From Mytilus trossulus (taxonomy: Eukaryota): a stretch of DNA of 64,000 nt. Under the pieces are notes generated by a model. That model had not been told where the DNA came from and did not search any database. It worked only from the letters and a program-made list of their open reading frames with translations. Location of the stretch: contig NC_086385.1 in NCBI RefSeq assembly GCF_036588685.1, forward strand, positions 26,807,216 to 26,871,215. Reading direction: 5' to 3'. Each line of letters starts with the position of its first letter. Position 1 is the first letter of the stretch. This document shows positions 62,570 through 64,000 of this stretch, one piece after another. A program made the translations under genes and the position numbers.

Positions 62570-64000
62570 TTATTTGAACCACTTTCCCGGAAATATTTAC
62601 TGTCTATCAATGCGCAATCTGTGTACAATCTGAGAATAAAGGAAGTAATATTTAAACAGATTAACATTTAAACAGTGCAGGTTTACTATTGCAGATGTGG
62701 ATCTAGCTAAACAATGTCTATGCAGTAACGATCGATGTCGACATTTAACCAAATCTTGATAATTTTTGATCATGACTTTAAGATATTTTTCTTCGATTTC
62801 AATGAACGTTCTCGGAGGCCATTTGTTGCCTACTAATACGTTTTATCCGTATAATCTGAAAATAGGAGAAACATTTTATCCATGAAACAGTCATTACAAT
62901 GCTACTTCACCGTATATGCCCATACGGTGAAGTAGCATGGCAATACATAGTTTATCTCCAGAGATGTTCAATGTCAATATATTTAAATAAAAAATCCCTA
63001 CAAAGATTGTTTTCTCTACTGGATAAGATATTTTTCTTTGATTTCAATCCAGTTACCCGGTAGCAGTTGGTTCCCTATCAGTACGTTTTCTGCGTATTAT
63101 ATTAAAAAAAGAAGAAGAAAAAATCAATTTAATTAATAATTAATCAGTTCAATTGTACTGCACCAGATGTGCATCTCGATAGATGATGACTGTTTAATGT
63201 GCGAGGTCAACATTTTTTAAAGGTCAAATCCTAATAAATGTATTTCATGGTTTGATTTTTAAATTTCAAATCAATTTTGCTGGCTATCGATACGTATTCT
63301 GCGTATAACTTGAAACAGATTAATTTCAGGTCATTTAACCTAATCAATGATGAAACAGTTCAATTTCAATAAATCAGATGCGCATCTCGATAAAAAATTT
63401 CTGTTCAGAGGTGTTCGAGGTAAACACACTTGAATGCAAAATTCAAAAGAGTATTTTTCCTGATTTCTATATATTTTTATTTGATTTCAAACAACTTTTC
63501 CGGAAGCAAGTTGTTGCCTATCAATACCAGTCTATCTGAAAACAGAAACAATTTTAAGTAAAAAATCTATCAACAACGCAATTTTGCTTCACCAGATGTG
63601 CATCTCATAAAATACTATCAGTTTAGTGATACCCGATGTCGAAATATTTAAAAACAAAACCTTAATATATATTGGATCATGGTATCTAGATATTCGTCTT
63701 TGATTTCAAACCACTTTTCGGGAAGCAATTCGTCGCTTATCAATACGTTTTCTGCGTATATTCTGAAGATTTTTCCCTCATCTAAATGATGATCAAACAA
63801 TGCTCGTTTACTGACCCAGATGAGCTTCTCCGAGAAATTATGTCTGTTTAGTGATCCTCGAAGGTGACATATTTTAATGCGAAATCGGTCATAATTGTTG
63901 TTCATGGTTCCTAGATATTCATCTTTGATTTCTAACCACTTTTCCGGAAGCAATTCGGTCCTTATCAATACATTTTCTGCGAATAATCTGATGAAATAAA
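62570..64000. repeat. Degenerate ~210-240-bp satellite with decayed hammerhead remnants; runs off the window end
   Basis: gatttcaa.ccacttttccggaagcaa...tatcaatacgttttctgcgtata recurs near 62575, 62797, 63043, 63264, 63486, 63705 and 63930; cagatg.gcatctc-like boxes at 63164, 63375, 63593 and 63817. Confidence 0.8.

Noticed and set aside
63648-63968. 106-aa ORF with the internal repeat ELLPEKW.EIKDEYL
   Set aside because: The repeat is simply the translation of two satellite units; other units are not open.

Overview
AT-rich, repeat-rich eukaryotic DNA, most likely from a bivalve mollusc (Mytilus-like, inferred from gene and repeat types). It holds two tandem gene pairs arranged head-to-head. 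Two innexin genes lie on the minus strand (14457-15707, 20299-21516). Two paralogous plus-strand genes (28314-29534, 38012-39358) encode secreted proteins with a signal peptide, an AID/APOBEC-like Zn-deaminase core (HGE ... YSHYIPC-x9-C instead of PCxxC) and a Cys-rich, basic C-terminal domain. All four have a single coding exon. The secreted deaminase-like pair is the most novel item. The rest of the window is non-coding. It contains tRNA-derived SINEs, several MITE families, two non-autonomous Helitrons and a decayed Penelope-like reverse transcriptase. It also has many retrozyme-like repeats carrying minimal type I hammerhead ribozyme motifs (two co-varying subfamilies, plus a satellite derived from them) and a ~6 kb tandem segmental duplication. 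All calls come from reading the sequence by eye; no database searches were run.
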